Of a DNA stretch of 64,000 bases, positions 23,081 to 37,500 are shown in pieces. The stretch is from Eledone cirrhosa (lineage: Eukaryota). The notes under the pieces were generated by a model. That model was given only the letters and a program-made list of their open reading frames with translations, was not told where the DNA came from and ran no database searches. The first letter of the stretch is position 1; each line of letters opens with the position of its first letter. The translations under genes and the position numbers were made by a program. Location: positions 11,966,001 through 12,030,000 of the forward strand of contig OZ024740.1 of NCBI GenBank assembly GCA_964016885.1, read 5' to 3'.

Positions 23081-24379
23081 CGAGGGGGGGATCAAAAAGT
23101 TAGCGGAATTTTATCGATGCAAGAAAAAAAATCAGGTTAAAACAATATTAAACATGTCAGAACATTGTCACTGGGTGTTTACCTTGCTATTAGTCACTTG
23201 CAGTCAGTTATGCCCGGACTATTGTACAGTACTGACACTTTTTAAAAAACCTCTTTTTGGAACAATGGAAAATAGTTATTTTGAGATAAGATCGAATATC
23301 AAGTTTCTGGTGAAACTCAAATGGAAAGGGACACAAATTATGGAGGCTTTAGTTAAAGTTTACGGTACTACTGCTCCACAGAAAACTGCTATCTACAAGT
23401 GGATTCAGCGATTCAAACAAGGGAGAGACGACCATCGCAGTGGAAGACCAGGAACATCAAAAAATGACCAAAACGTTGAGGCTGCTCAGACTTTAATTGA
23501 AGAAAATCGAAGAATAACAGTTAATCAGTTAGCTAAGTCCCTAGACATTTCATATGGTTCGGCAAATTCAATTCTGCATGAAAATTTGGGACTAAGCAAG
23601 CTTTCAGCGCGATGGGTCCCAAAAGCGTTACGCCCTGATCAGCTGATTCTTCGAAGTGATCTTTGGCGATATTAAACAAAATTGAAGTTGATGAAGACCA
23701 TTTCCTGACCAGAATCATCACCGGAGATGAAACCTGGATCTATCAGTATGATCCTGAATCCAAACAGCAGTCAAAACAGTGGCTTCCACGTGGATCATCG
23801 GGGCCAATCAAGTTCAAATCTCAAAAGTCGGTTCAAAAAGTGATGGCCACCATTTTCTGGGATTCAGATGGGGTGATACTAATAGATTATCTTGAAGGTC
23901 AAAGAACTGTGACAGGAGCTTACTATGCAAATGTTTTAAGGAAGCTGAAAGAGGCATTAGCCAAGAAACGAAAAGGGAAACTTCATGGTGGGATCTTGTT
24001 TCACCATGACAATGCACCAGTGCATTCTGCGCGGGTTGCAAAAGAAGTTCTTCGAGAATTTCGATGGAGAGTGCTTCCTCACCCGCCTTATAGTCCAGAT
24101 TTAGCCCCATCAGACTTTTTCCTCTTTCCAAAACTCAAAGAAATACTAAAAGGAACCCATTTTAGTGGTGTTGAAGAAGCTAAAAACACTGCCAACACAT
24201 GGTTTCGAACAAGGCCTTCAACTTTCTTTAGAGACGGCTTACGAAGCTGGAAGCATCGCCTTGTGAAGTGTATTGACCTGGATGGCAACTATGTAGAAAA
24301 ATAAATTGAAAGTAAATCATATTTTTTGAAAAATAGATTATTTTCTGAAAAATTCCGCGAACTTTTTGATCCCCCCTCG
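23081..24379 (+). mobile_element. Tc1/mariner DNA transposon (DD34D mariner), 1299 bp with TIRs and TA target duplication
   Basis: TA|CGAGGGGGGGATCAAAAAGTTAGCGGAATTT ... AAATTCCGCGAACTTTTTGATCCCCCCTCG|TA. Confidence 0.97.
23265..24304 (+). pseudogene. Mariner transposase with one frameshift near 23665
   Basis: HTH region, RSGRP, WVPKAL, TGDETW, HDNA, YSPDLAPSD; 34 residues between second and third Asp (counted). Confidence 0.95.
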
Positions 24380-25629
24380 TATATCAATATAGGGAGGTTG
24401 ATTAAGATAACAGAGTTCACCTCTTACTCTAGCCTACTCTAATTCTCTTATTCACCCATCTGTTTGTCAGTACAGTATGATAGACACCACACTACACACT
24501 TTCAATATATGGCTGTTGCCATTCACACTTTATATGTCATTTGTCATCATCCCACTTCCACACTATCTCCTTAGCAGGACAGCAAACAAAAACATTGAGC
24601 TCATTATTATATGTAGATAAGTCTACAATAGATAAGTAATGACAACACTTGCTGTATTGGTTGAAAGAAAGCCAGTTGTGGAATTTGTGTTTTATAGTCA
24701 AACCAATAATGATGACTACCATCAAATTTTAGTACAAGGATGCATAAAAGAGAACTTCACAAAATAAACAGATTTGAAAAAGAAAGACATCCATAGAAAT
24801 TTGTTTTTATTTTGATATAAATAGTAACAATTATATTTCAATAATATATGTTTCATAAAGGATTATGTAAGAGGAATAATGAGAAGGAAGGGGGGAAAAT
24901 GTCCATTGTTTCCACTGTTGAAACTGTGGTGTCACAAATAACTATTATTGTTCTGGTTTATTTATTACAACTTAGTGCATATATAATGTGGAGGCATGTG
25001 GCTTAGTAGCTGTTGAATATACAATATGGTTGTGGATGTAATTGATCTGGACTGAAACTAAAGTTTTGTACTGTAGAACTGTGGACAATTTCAGGCAGGT
25101 AAGATGATTCACTTTCATGTCTGCCTAGAGAGTCATCAGGTGAGAGTTTATCACAGTACAAAATTCTCATCCTGGACATCAATCCATCTCAAACTCCCAG
25201 AGAATGGATTGTAAAGCAACATAAAATGAGGAGTTTTGCCCAAGGACACAATGTATTACCTAGTCTGGGGACCAAATCCATGACAATGTGGTTGTGAGCC
25301 CAACACCCTTGCCATTAGGCAGTGTGTCTTCTCTAATCTATTTGGGTGGTGGACACCACCACCTCAGACTTGGTCTCCTTTAGCAGAGTCCACTGTTGTA
25401 AGCATTGGGGGGAGTCAGGTGTCCAGTCTGAAGATAATCTCAATGTACTGCTTTCTCCTACACCTTCCCTTGTATGGTGCTACTGTACAGGTGAAGTGGC
25501 TTTCCAACAAAGACATACCTCCAGAAACAACTGGGATCTGTGGATATCAACAGAGGTTGGTTGCCTTATTACCAATTACTTAATCTCTCCAGTTTAACTA
25601 TTACTCCAGTATATATAGTGGCACTATCA

Positions 25630-25800
25630 GTTACGAGTGTTCTAATTGACACAATCGATGGAGCAGCCTGCTCGACAAAGCTGGCCCTTCGAATTACAGA
25701 TGCAACTCATTTTTGCCAGCTGAGTGGACTGGAACAATGTGAAATAAAGTGTCTTGCTCAAGGACACAACGCGCTACCAGGAATGGAACTCACGAACTTA
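25630..25800 (-). mobile_element. Second tRNA-derived SINE family (CORE-like CCTTGAGCAAG motif), fragment
   Basis: cagctgagtggactggaacaatgtgaaataaagtgtcttgctcaaggacacaac; similar copies near 25210-25330, 26930-27097, 59675-59752. Confidence 0.75.
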
Positions 25801-26584
25801 CGCAAAGTCACACACCACATCGTTATTGACTCCCAAATGAGATATATATGGAGGTAATTGTTAACAGCAACCCATAAACTGTACTTCTCCTTCACAAGTT
25901 GTCACGGCAATTCACTTCTCTTTTGACCAAACCATAAAAATTAATAAATAATCAGTTCTTATTTCGAGTTACTGCTCTCCTGCGTGGGTCAAAAGACCAT
26001 ATCTCACTCCTATATTCCATTTTGGGAATAATTTCTGCCCTTCTTGATGCCAACCCTTTTAGTCACACACACACAACTATCATGGTAAATGCATGTTGAA
26101 ATTACATTTGCTACCCAAGAAAACTGACATTAAATGATGCTGATAATGATGATGATCCAATCAGCCTAGAGGAAAAGAAAAAGTGTATGTTTGTATGTGC
26201 CTTAGTGTATATCTTCTGTATAGTAAGAATTAGCCCAAGATAATAGCCACAACATCAATAACCTACAATAGTTCACCATTGAACCAGTCTTTAAGGTCAT
26301 AATTTATGTCTAACATATTAACAAGTTAGACAATTGAAAAAATATACAAATCCATAACTTCAAACAAATCTTCAAGATCAAACAAATATATACACACACA
26401 AACACACATCCAACTATGCATGGGTCCCGATCTTATAATGGGGTCATAGGAGTGCCAACAGCATGCCTTAGGTATTTTTAACCTGGTGGAGTTCATCCTC
26501 TCCAAGTCTGAACACAAGATTTCTTCAAGAGAAAATGAGAGAAGAATTAATCCCAGTAATGGACCGCTACGCAATGAAATAGTA

Positions 26585-27097
26585 ACTGTTTCTACTTTTG
26601 GCACAAGGCCAGCAATTACCCTGTACATTACTGGTACTTTATTTTATCAACCCCGTAAGGATGAAAGGCAAAGTTAACCTCGGAAAATAATGAGAGGTAA
26701 GATGACCTCATTGGGATTTGAACTCAGCACGGAGAGTCAGAACAAATATTGCAATACATTTTAGCAGATACGACTGCCAACTAGCTGCCTATAACACACA
26801 CACACGTTTGCGGTTTTCCTCAAAGGCACAAGCCTGGGCAAGGTTGTTTGTAGAAGACCAGCAGTTGCCCATCGATACTGGTCTCCCCTCTCCATGCCAC
26901 CGATGTTGTCCAAGGGAAAGGCAATGATACAGCTTGGCACCAGTGACATCGCAACTTATTTCTACAGCTGAGTAAATTGGAGCAACATGAAATAATGTGT
27001 CTAGCTCAAGATCATAATGCATCACCCAGTCCAAGAATCAAAGTTACGGCTTCACGATTGCAAGCTCAACACGTGAACCACTAAGCCGTGCCTTCAC
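26585..27097 (-). mobile_element. Two adjacent SINEs (Nin-like ~26585-26790; CORE-like ~26800-27097)
   Basis: ggcacaaggccagcaatt...atcaaccccgtaaggatgaaaggcaaag...gggatttgaactcag, then ...cagctgagtaaattggagcaacatgaaat...aaccactaagccgtgccttc (reverse A box). Confidence 0.75.
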
Positions 27098-27380
27098 ACA
27101 TGTATGCAAGCACACACACACACAGCCTTAGGAAGGGCATCTATCCATAGAAACCAAGCCAAAAACAGTTCAGTATGAGCAAGACATAGCCATCTGATCA
27201 GACTTGTCTCCCACAACAGGACAACTTGTCTAACCCATGCTAGCATGGAAAAAAATGGATGTTAAATGATGATGATGATATATATATATGTATATTAATT
27301 CAAAATGTAAGATGTGAAAATAATCAATAAGAAATCAGTTTAAAATAAAATAAAAAAAATGGGCCAAATGCTAATAACAT

Positions 27381-27411
<31 letters not shown>

Positions 27412-27619
27412 GAGTGTGTGCATACATGTGTATATATATATATTTGCAAGCAAGGAAAAGCAGACATAAAATGATGATGATGATGATGTGTGTGTGTGAA
27501 AACTAAACAAGGAGAGGAAATGTGTTGAAGGTTTCAACTTATTTCTTGTTCATTCAATATCGATCTACACATGTAATATGGCAGTCTGAATATATCAGAT
27601 TTTCACTGCCTCTCTCACC

Positions 27620-27960
27620 ACACACACAACAATATATACACACATCTATGTACACACACACACATCTATATGTACACACACACACACATCAATATGTACA
27701 CACACACACACACACATCAATATGTACACACACACATCAATATGTACACACATATATATCGATACACACACACACATCCTATATACATACATAAGTATAG
27801 CCACACACACACATCCTATATACATACATACATAAGTATAGCCACACACACACATCCTATATACATACATACATATAGCCACACACACACATCCTATATA
27901 CATCCATATAGCCACACACGCATCTCTACACACACACATACATCTCTACATATATACAAT
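27620..27960. repeat. Compound (CA)/(TA) microsatellite-derived minisatellite
   Basis: Repeating cacacacatcaatatgta and atagccacacacacacatcctatatacatac blocks. Confidence 0.85.
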
Positions 27961-28457
27961 CATTGCTAGATATTAGGAATTTCTCCGATGTAGACTATAC
28001 AGCTAAAGTGACTAAATACTAAATACTAAATAGTATATAGTATATAGTAAAAAACTAAATAAGTCACTTGACTTGACGACATCGATGACCAATCATCTAT
28101 GGTAGCTATAGCAACAGCAGTCCACCAGTTTCATGCTAGACACACACACAAGTCTACACAATGGTTTCAAAGGCATTTAATAACTGAATCATCTGTTATA
28201 GCTACAGGTGTGTGTGTGTGCGTGTGCGTGCGTGCGCGCGCGCGCGTGCATACGCTTGTGTGTGTGTGCGTGTGTTTGTATATATGTGTGTGTGTGTATA
28301 TATATATACACACAAATATATACACACATCACACACATACAGACAGACATCACACACACGCATCAAAAGTAAACGGAAACAACAGAGCAAACACCACAAT
28401 ACAATGAAGAAATATATCAGTTTATAGTTAGTTCAATGATTGATATAGTGGAAAGAT

Positions 28458-28494
28458 TCTTTACATTTCAGACACTAGTCCTTCATCAGATGAT
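28458..28494 (-). ncRNA. Second, decayed hammerhead-like motif
   Basis: Reverse complement reads TCAT-CTGATGA-AGGAC TAGT GTCT-GAAAT-GTA-AAGA; downstream ~100 bp also matches 10340-10420. Confidence 0.6.
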
Positions 28495-28538
28495 AGAATA
28501 AGAAGTACAGTCACCTATTTTAAACAGTTTCTATTTAA

Positions 28539-31500
28539 TCCTTTAGTATTTACATTACTCTATATATACTATTATATTTTCGTAATAAAGGATTTACCTC
28601 ACAGAATTATCTCGTATAATATCGAATCTATCAGATTTTGATATTATATATTTTGAGAAAAGTGCTTTAACATTGGTATGAACAGCTGGTTACAGCCAGT
28701 TTGAACAGAAAGAAGTGAGAGAGTTCTGGCTGGATATGGCCAGTTTGAACAGAAACTACTGAGAGAATTGTGGCTGGATATGACCAGTTTGAACAGAAAC
28801 TACTGAGAGAATTCTGGCTGGATATGGCCAGTTTGAACAGAAAGAGGTGAGAGAATTCTAGCTGGATATGGCCAGTTTGAACAGAAAGAGCCGAGAGAAT
28901 TCTGGCTGGATATGGCCAGTTTGAACAGAAAGAGCTGAGAGAATTCTGGCTGGATGTGGCTGGTTTGAACAGAAAGAGGTGAGAGAATTCTGGCTGGATA
29001 TGGCTGGTTTGAACAGAAAGAAATGAGAGAATTCTGGCCAGATATGGTTGGTTTGAACAGAAAGAGCTGAGAGAATTCTGGCTGGATATGGCTGGTTTGA
29101 ACAGAAAGAGCTGAGAGAATTCTGGCTGGATGTGGCTGGTTTGAACAGAAAGAGGTGAGAGAATTCTGGCTGGATATGGCTGGTTTGAACAGAAAGAGGT
29201 GAGTGAAATCTGGCTGGATATGGCCAGTTTGAACAGAAAGAGGTGAGAGAATTCTGGCTGGATATGGCCAGTTTGAACAGAAAGAGGTGAGAGAATTCTG
29301 GCTGGATATGGCCAGTTTGAACAGAAAGAGCTGAGAGAATTCTGGCTGGATGTGGCTGGTTTGAACAGAAAGAGCTGAGAGAATTCTGGCTGGATGTGGC
29401 TGGTTTGAACAGAAAGAAATGAGAGAATTCTGGCTGGATATGGCCAGTTTGAACAGAAAGAGGTGAGAGAATTCTGGCTGGATATGGCCAGTTTGAACAG
29501 AAAGAGTTGAGTGAATTGTGGCTGGATATGGCCAGTTTGAACAGAGAGAGGTGAGAGAATTCTGGCTGGATATGGCCAGTTTGAACAGAAAGAGCTGAGA
29601 GAATTCTGGCTGGATATGGCCAGTTTGAACAGAAAGAGCTGAGAGAATTCTGGCTGGATGTGGCTGGTTTGAAAAGAAAGAAATGAGAGAATTCTGGCTG
29701 GATATGGCTGGTTGAAACAGAAAGAAATGAGAGAATTCTGGCCATATATGGCTGGTTTGTACAGAAAGAGATGAGTGAAGTCTGGCTGGATATGGCCAGT
29801 TTGAACAGAAAGAGGTGAGAGAATTCTGGCTGGATATGGCTGGTTTGAACAGAAAGAAATGAGAGAATTCTGGCTGGATATTGGCTGGTTTGAACAGAAA
29901 GAGGTGAGAGAATTCTGGCCAGATATGGCTGGTTTGAACAGAAAGAGGTGAGAGAATTCTGGCTGGATATTGGCTGGTTTGAACAGAAAGAGGTGAGAGA
30001 ATTCTGGCCAGATATGGCTGGTTTGAACAGAAAGAGGTGAGAGAATTCTGGCTGGATATGGCCAGTTTGAACAGAAAGAGGTGAGAGAATTCTGGCTGGA
30101 TATGGCTGGTTTGAACAGAAAGAGGTGAGAGAATTCTGGCTGGATATGGCTGGTTTGAACAGAAAGAGGTGAGAGAATTCTGGCTGGATATGGCTGGTTT
30201 GAACAGAAAGAAATGAGAGAATTCTGGCTGGATATGGCCAGTTTGAACAGAAAGAAGTGAGAGAATTCTGGCTGGATATGGCCAGTTTGAACAGAAAGAG
30301 GTGAGAGAATTCTGGCCAGATATGGCTGGTTTGAACAGAAAGAGGTGAGTGAAGTCTGGCTGGATATGGCCAGTTTGAACAGAAAGAGGTGAGAGAATTC
30401 TGGCTGGATATGGCTGGTTTGGAGAATTCTGGCTGGATATGGCTGGTTTGGGTAGAAAGAAATGAGAGAATTCTGGCCAGATATGGCTGGTTTGAACAGA
30501 AAGAGGTGAGTGAAGTCTGGCTGGATATGGCTGGTTTGGAGAATTCTGGCCAGATATGGCTGGTTTGAACAGAAAGAGGTGAGTGAAGTCTGGCTGGATA
30601 TGGCCAGTTTGAACAGAAAGAGGTGAGAGAATTCTGGCTGGATATGGCTGGTTTGGAGAATTCTGGCTGGATATGGCTGGTTTGGGTAGAAAGAAATGAG
30701 AGAATTCTGGCCAGATATGGCTGGTTTGAACAGAAAGAGGTGAGTGAAGTCTGGCTGGATATGGCCAGTTTGAACAGAAAGAGGTGAGAGAATTCTGGCT
30801 GGATATCGCTGGTTTGAACAGAAAGAAATGAGAGAATTCTGGCCAGATATGGCTGGTTTGAACAGAAAGAGGTGAGTGAAGTCTGGCTGGATATGGCCAG
30901 TTTGAACAGAAAGAGGTGAGAGAATTCTGGCTGGATATCGCTGGTTTGAACAGAAAGAAATGAGAGAATTCTGGCCAGATATGGCTGGTTTGAACAGAAA
31001 GAGGTGAGAGAATTCTGGCTCGATATGGCTGGTTTCAACAGAAAGAAATGAGAGAACTCTGGCCAGATATGGCTGGTTTGAACAGAAAGAGTTGAGAGAA
31101 TTCTGGCTGGATATGGCTGGTTTGAATAGAAAGAGGTGAGTGAAATCTGGCTGGATATGGCCAGCTTGAACAGAAAGAGCTGAGAGAATTCTGGCTCAAT
31201 ATGGCTAGTTTGAACAGAAAGAAATGAGAGAATTCTGGCTGGATATGGCCAGTTTGAACAGAAAGAAGTGAGAGAATTCTGGCTGGATATGGCTGGTTTC
31301 AACAGAAAGAAGTGAGAGAATTCTGGCTGGATATGGCTGGTTTGAACAGAAAGAGGTGAGAGAATTCTGGCCAGATATGGCTGGTTTGAACAGAAAAAGG
31401 TGAGAGAGTTCTGGCTGGATATGGCCAGTTTGAACAGAAAGAGGTAAGAGAATTCTGGCCAGATATGGCTGGTTTGAACAGAAAGAGGTAAGAGAATTCT

Positions 31501-34500
31501 GGCTGGATATGGCCAGTTTGAACAGAAAGAGGTGAGAGAATTCTGGCTGGATGTGGCTGGTTTGAACAGAAAGAGGTGAGAGAATTCTGGCCAGATATGG
31601 CTGGTTTGAACAGAAAGAGGTGAGATAATTCTGGCTGGATATGGCTGGTTTGAACAGGAAGAAATGAGAGAATTCTGGTCAGATATGGCTGGTTTGAACA
31701 GAAAGAGGTGAGTGAAATCTGGCTGGATGTGGCCAGTTTGAACAGAAAGAAGTGAGAGAATTCTGGCTGGATATGGCTGGTTTGAACAGAAAGAGCTGAG
31801 AGAATTCTGGCCAGATATGGCTGGTTTGAACAGAAAGAGGTGAGATAATTCTGGCTGGATATGGCCAGTGTGAACAGAAAGAGGTGAGAGAATTCTGGCT
31901 GGATATGGCTGGTTTGAACGGAAAGAGGTGAGAGAATTCTGGCTGGATCTGGCTGGTTTGAACAGAAAGAGCTGAGATAATTCTGGCTGGATATGGCTGG
32001 TTTGAACAGAAAGAAATGAGAGAATTCTGGCCAGATATGGTTGGTTTGAACAGAAAGAGCTGAGAGAATTCTGGCTGGATATGGCTGGTTTGAACAGAAA
32101 GAGCTGTGAGAATTCTGGCTGGATATGGCTGGTTTGAACAGAAAGAAATGAGAGAATTCTGGCCAGATATGGTTGGTTTGAACAGAAAGAGCTGAGAGAA
32201 TTCTGGCTGGATATGGCTGGTTTGAACAGAAAGAAATGAGAGAATTCTGGCCAGATTTGGCTGGTTTGTACAGAAAGAGGTGAATGAAATCTGGCTGGAT
32301 ATGGCCAGTTTGAACAGAAAGAGGTGAGAGAATTCTGGCCAGATATGGCTGGTTTGAACAGCAAGAGGTGAGATAATTCTGGCTGGATATGGCTAGTTTG
32401 AACAGAAAGAGGTGAGTGAATTCTGGCTGGATATGGCTGGTTTGAACAGAAAGAGCTGAGAGAATTCTGGCTGGATATGGCTGGTTTGAACAGAAAGAGG
32501 TGAGAGAATTCTGGCCAGATATGTCTGGTTTGAACAGAAAGAGCTGAGAGAATTCTGGCTGGATATGGCCAGTTTGAACAGAAAGAGGTGAGAGAATTCT
32601 GGCCAGATATGGCTGGTTTGAACAGAAAGAGGTGAGAGAATTCTGGCTGGATATGGCTGGTTTGAACAGAAAGAAATGAGAGAATTCTGGCTGGATATGG
32701 CTGGTTTGAACAGAAAGAGATGAGAGAATTCTGGCTGGATATGGCTGGTTTGAACAGAAAGAGGTGAGAGAATTCTGGCCAGATATGGCTGGTTGGAACA
32801 GAAAGAGGTGAGAGAATTCTGGATGGATATGGCTGGTTTGAACAGAAAGAGGTGAGAGAATTCTGTCTGGATATGGCCAGCTTGAACAAAAAGAGGTGAG
32901 AGAATTCTGGCTGGATATGGCCGGTTTGAACAGAAAGAGCTGAGAGAATTCTGGCCAGATATGGCTGGTTTGAACAGAAAGAGGTGAGATAATTCTGGCT
33001 GGATATGGCTGGTTTGAACAGAAAGAGGTGAGTGAATTCTGGCTGGATATGGCTGGTTTGAACAGAAAGGGGTGAATGAAATCTGGCTGGATATGGCCGG
33101 TTTGAACAGAAAGAGGTGAGAGAATTCTGGCCAGATATGGCTGGTTTGAACAGAAAGAGGTGAGAGAATTCTGGCTGGATATGGCTGGTTTGAACAGAAA
33201 GAGGTGAGAGAATTCTGGCTGGATATGGCTGGTTTGAACAGAAAGAGCTGAGAGAATTCTGGCCAGATATGGCTGGTTTGAACAGAAAGAGGTGAGATAA
33301 TTCTGGCTGGATATGGCTGGTTTGAACAGAAAGAGGTGAGATAATTCTGGCTGGATATGGCCAGTTTGAACAGAAAGAGGTGCGAGAATTCTGGCTGGAT
33401 ATGGCTGGTTTGAACAGAAAGAGGTGAGAGAATTCTGGCTGGATATGGCCAGTTTGAACAGAAAGAGGTGAGAGAATTCTGGCTGGATATGGCTGGTTTG
33501 AACAGAAAGAAATGAGAGAATTCTGGCCAGATATGGTTGGTTTGAACAGAAAGAGCTGAGAGAATTCTGGCTGGATATGGCTGGTTTAAACAGAAAGAGC
33601 TGAGAGAATTCTGGCTGGATATGGCTGGTTTGAACAGAAAGAAATGAGAGAATTCTGGCCAGATTTGGCTGGTTTGTACAGAAAGATGTGAATGAAATCT
33701 GGCTGGATATGGCCAGTTTGAACAGAAAGAGGTGAGAGAATTCTGGCTGGATATGGCTGTTTTGAACAGAAAGAGGTGAGAGAATTCTGGCCAGATATGG
33801 CTGGTTTGAACAGAAAGAGGTGAGAGAATTCTGGCTGGATATGGCCAGTTTGAACAGAAAGAGGTGAGAGAATTCTGGCCAGATATGGCTGGTTTGAACA
33901 GAAAGAGGTGAGAGAATTCTGGCTGGATATGGCCAGTTTGAACAGAGATAAGTGAGAGAATTCTGGCTGGATATGGCTGGTTTGAACAGAAAGAAATGAG
34001 ATAATTCTGGCTGGATATGGCCAGTTTGAACAGAAAGAGGCGAGAGAATTCTGGCTGGATATGGCTGGTTTGAATAGAAAGAGGTGAGTGAATTCTGGCT
34101 GGATATGGCCAGTTTGAACAGAAAGAGGTGAAAGAATTCTGGCCAGATATGGCTGGTTTGAACAGAAAGAGGTGAGATAATTCTGGCTGGATATGGCCAG
34201 TTTGAACAGAAAGAGGTGAGTGAATTCTGGCTGGATATGGCTGGTTTGAACAGAAAGAGGTAAGAGAATTCTGGCTGGATATGGCCAGTTTGAACAGAAA
34301 GAAGTGAGAGAATTCTGGCTGGCTATGGCTGGTTTGAACAGAAAGAAATGAGAGAATTCTGGCTGGATATTGGCTGGTTTGAACAGAAAGAGGTGAGAGA
34401 ATTCTGACTGGATATGGCTGGTTTGAACAGAAAGAAGTGAGAGAATTCTGGCTGGTTTGAAAAGAAAGAAGTGAGAGAATTCTGGCTGGTTTGAACGGAA

Positions 34501-37500
34501 AGAGGTGAGAGATTTCTGGCTGGATATGGCTGGTTTGAACAGAAAGAAATGAGGGAATTCTGGCCAGATATGGCTGGTTTGAACAGAAAGAGCTGAGAGA
34601 ATTCTGGCTGGATCTGGCTGGTTTGAACAGAAAGAGCTGAGAGAATTCTGGCTGGATATGGCTGGTTTGAACAGAAAGAAATGAGAGAATTCTGGCCAGA
34701 TTTGGCTGGTTTGTACAGAAAGATGTGAATGAAATCTGGCTGGATATGGCCAGTTTGAACAGAAAGAGGTGAGAGAATTCTGGCTGGATATAGCTGGTTT
34801 GAACAGAAAGAGGTGAGAGAATTCTGGCCAGATATGGCTGGTTTGAACAGAAAGAGGTGAGATAATTCTGGCTGGATATGCCCAGTTTGAACAGAAAGAG
34901 GTGAGAGAATTCTGGCCAGATATGGCTGGTTTGAACAGAAAGAGGTGAGAGAATTCTGGCTGGATATGGCCAGTCTGAACAGAGAGAAGTGAGAGAATTC
35001 TGGCTGGATATGGCTGGTTTGAACAGAAAGAGGTGAGATAATTCTGGCTGGATATGCCCAGTTTGAACAGAAAGAGGTGAGAGAATTCTGGCCAGATATG
35101 GCTGGTTTGAACAGAAAGAGGTGAGAGAATTCTGGCTGGATATGGCCAGTCTGAACAGAGAGAAGTGAGAGAATTCTGGCTGGATATGGCTGGTTTGAAC
35201 AGAAAGAAATGAGAGAATTCTGGCTGGATATGGCCAGTTTGAACAGAAAGAGGTGAGAGAATTCTGGCTGGATATGGCTGGTTTGAACAGAAAGAGGTGA
35301 GAGAATTCTGGCTGGATATGCCCAGTTTGAACAGAAAGAGGTGAGAGAATTCTGGCCAGATATGGCTGGTTTGAACAGAAAGAGGTGAGAGAATTCTGGC
35401 TGGATATGGCCAGTCTGAACAGAGAGAAGTGAGAGAATTCTGGCTGGATATGGCTGGTTTGAACAGAAAGAAATGAGAGAATTCTGGCTGGATATGGCCA
35501 GTTTGAACAGAAAGAGGCGAGAGAATTCTGGCTGGATATGGCTGGTTTGAACAGAAAGAGGTGAGAACATTCTGGCTGGATATGGTTGGTTTGAACAGAA
35601 AGAGCTGAGAGAATTCTGGCTGGATATGGCTGGTTTGAACAGAAAGAGCTGAGAGAATTCTGGCTGGATATGGCTGGTTTGAACAGAAAGAAATGAGAGA
35701 ATTCTGGCCAGATATGGTTGGTTTGAACAGAAAGAGCTGAGAGAATTCTGGCTGGATATGGCTGGTTTGAACAGAAAGAAATGAGAGAATTCTGGCCAGA
35801 TTTGGCTGGTTTGTACAGAAAGAGGTGAATGAAATCTGGCTGGATATGGCCAGTTTGAACAGAAAGAGGTGAGAGAATTCTGGCCAGATATGGCTGGTTT
35901 GAACAGAAAGAGGTGAGATAATTCTGGCTGGATATGGCCAGTTTGAACAGAAAGAGGTGAGTGAATTCTGGCTGGATATGGCTGGTTTGAACAGAAAGAG
36001 CTGAGAGAATTCTGGCTGGATATGGCTGGTTTGAACAGAAAGAGGTGAGAGAATTCTGGCCAGATATGTCTGGTTTGAACAGAAAGAGCTGAGAGAATTC
36101 TGGCTGGATATGGCCAGTTTGAACAGAAAGAGGTGAGAGAATTCTGGCCAGATATGGCTGGTTTGAACAGAAAGAGGTGAGAGAATTCTGGCTGGATATG
36201 GCTGGTTTGAACAGAAAGAAATGAGAGAATTCTGGCTGGATATGGCTGGTTTGAACAGAAAGAGATGAGAGAATTCTGGCTGGATATGGCTGGTTTGAAC
36301 AGAAAGAGGTGAGAGAATTCTGGCCAGATATGGCTGGTTGGAACAGAAAGAGGTGAGAGAATTCTGGATGGATATGGCTGGTTTGAACAGAAAGAGGTGA
36401 GAGAATTCTGGCCAGATATGGCTGGTTTGAACAGAAAGAGGTGAGAGAATTCTGGCTGGATATGGCCAGCTTGAACAAAAAGAGGTGAGAGAATTCTGGC
36501 TGGATATGGCCGGTTTGAACAGAAAGAGCTGAGAGAATTCTGGCCAGATATGGCTGGTTTGAACAGAAAGAGGTGAGATAATTCTGGCTGGATATGGCCA
36601 GTTTGAACAGAAAGAGGTGAGTGAATTCTGGCTGGATATGGCTAGTTTGAACAGAAAGAGCTGAGAGAATTCTGGCTGGATATGGCTGGTTTGAACAGAA
36701 AGAAATGAGAGGATTCTGGCCAGATATGGTTGGTTTGAACAGAAAGAGGTGAGAGAATTCTGGCTGGATATGGCTGGTTTGAACAGAAAGAAATGAGAGA
36801 ATTCGGGCCAGATTTGGCTGGTTTGTACAGAAAGGGGTGAATGAAATCTGGCTGGATATGGCCGGTTTGAACAGAAAGAGGTGAGAGAATTCTGGCCAGA
36901 TATGGCTGGTTTGAACAGAAAGAGGTGAGGTAATTCTGGCCAGATATGGCTGGTTTGAACAGAAAGAGGTGAGTGAAATCTGGCTGGATGTGGCCAGTTT
37001 GAACAGAAAGAGGTGAGAGAATTCTGGCTGGATATGGCTGGTTTGAACAGAAAGAGCTGAGAGAATTCTGGCCAGATATGGCTGGTTTGAACAGAAAGAG
37101 GTGAGATAATTCTGGCTGGATATGGCCAGTTTGAACAGAAAGAGGTGCGAGAATTCTGGCTGGATATGGCTGGTTTGAACAGAAAGAGGTGAGAGAATTC
37201 TGGCTGGATATGGCTGGTTTAAACAGAAAGAGGTGAGAGAATTCTGGCTGGATATGGCCAGTTTGAACAGAAAGAGGTGAGTGAATTCTGGCTGGATATG
37301 GCTGGTTTGAACAGAAAGAGCTGAGAGAATTCTGGCTGGATATGGCTGGTTTAAACAGAAAGAGCTGAGAGAATTCTGGCTGGATATGGCTGGTTTGAAC
37401 AGAAAGAAATGAGAGAATTCTGGCCAGATATGGTTGGTTTGAACAGAAAGAGCTGAGAGAATTCTGGCTGGATATGGCTGGTTTAAACAGAAAGAGCTGA

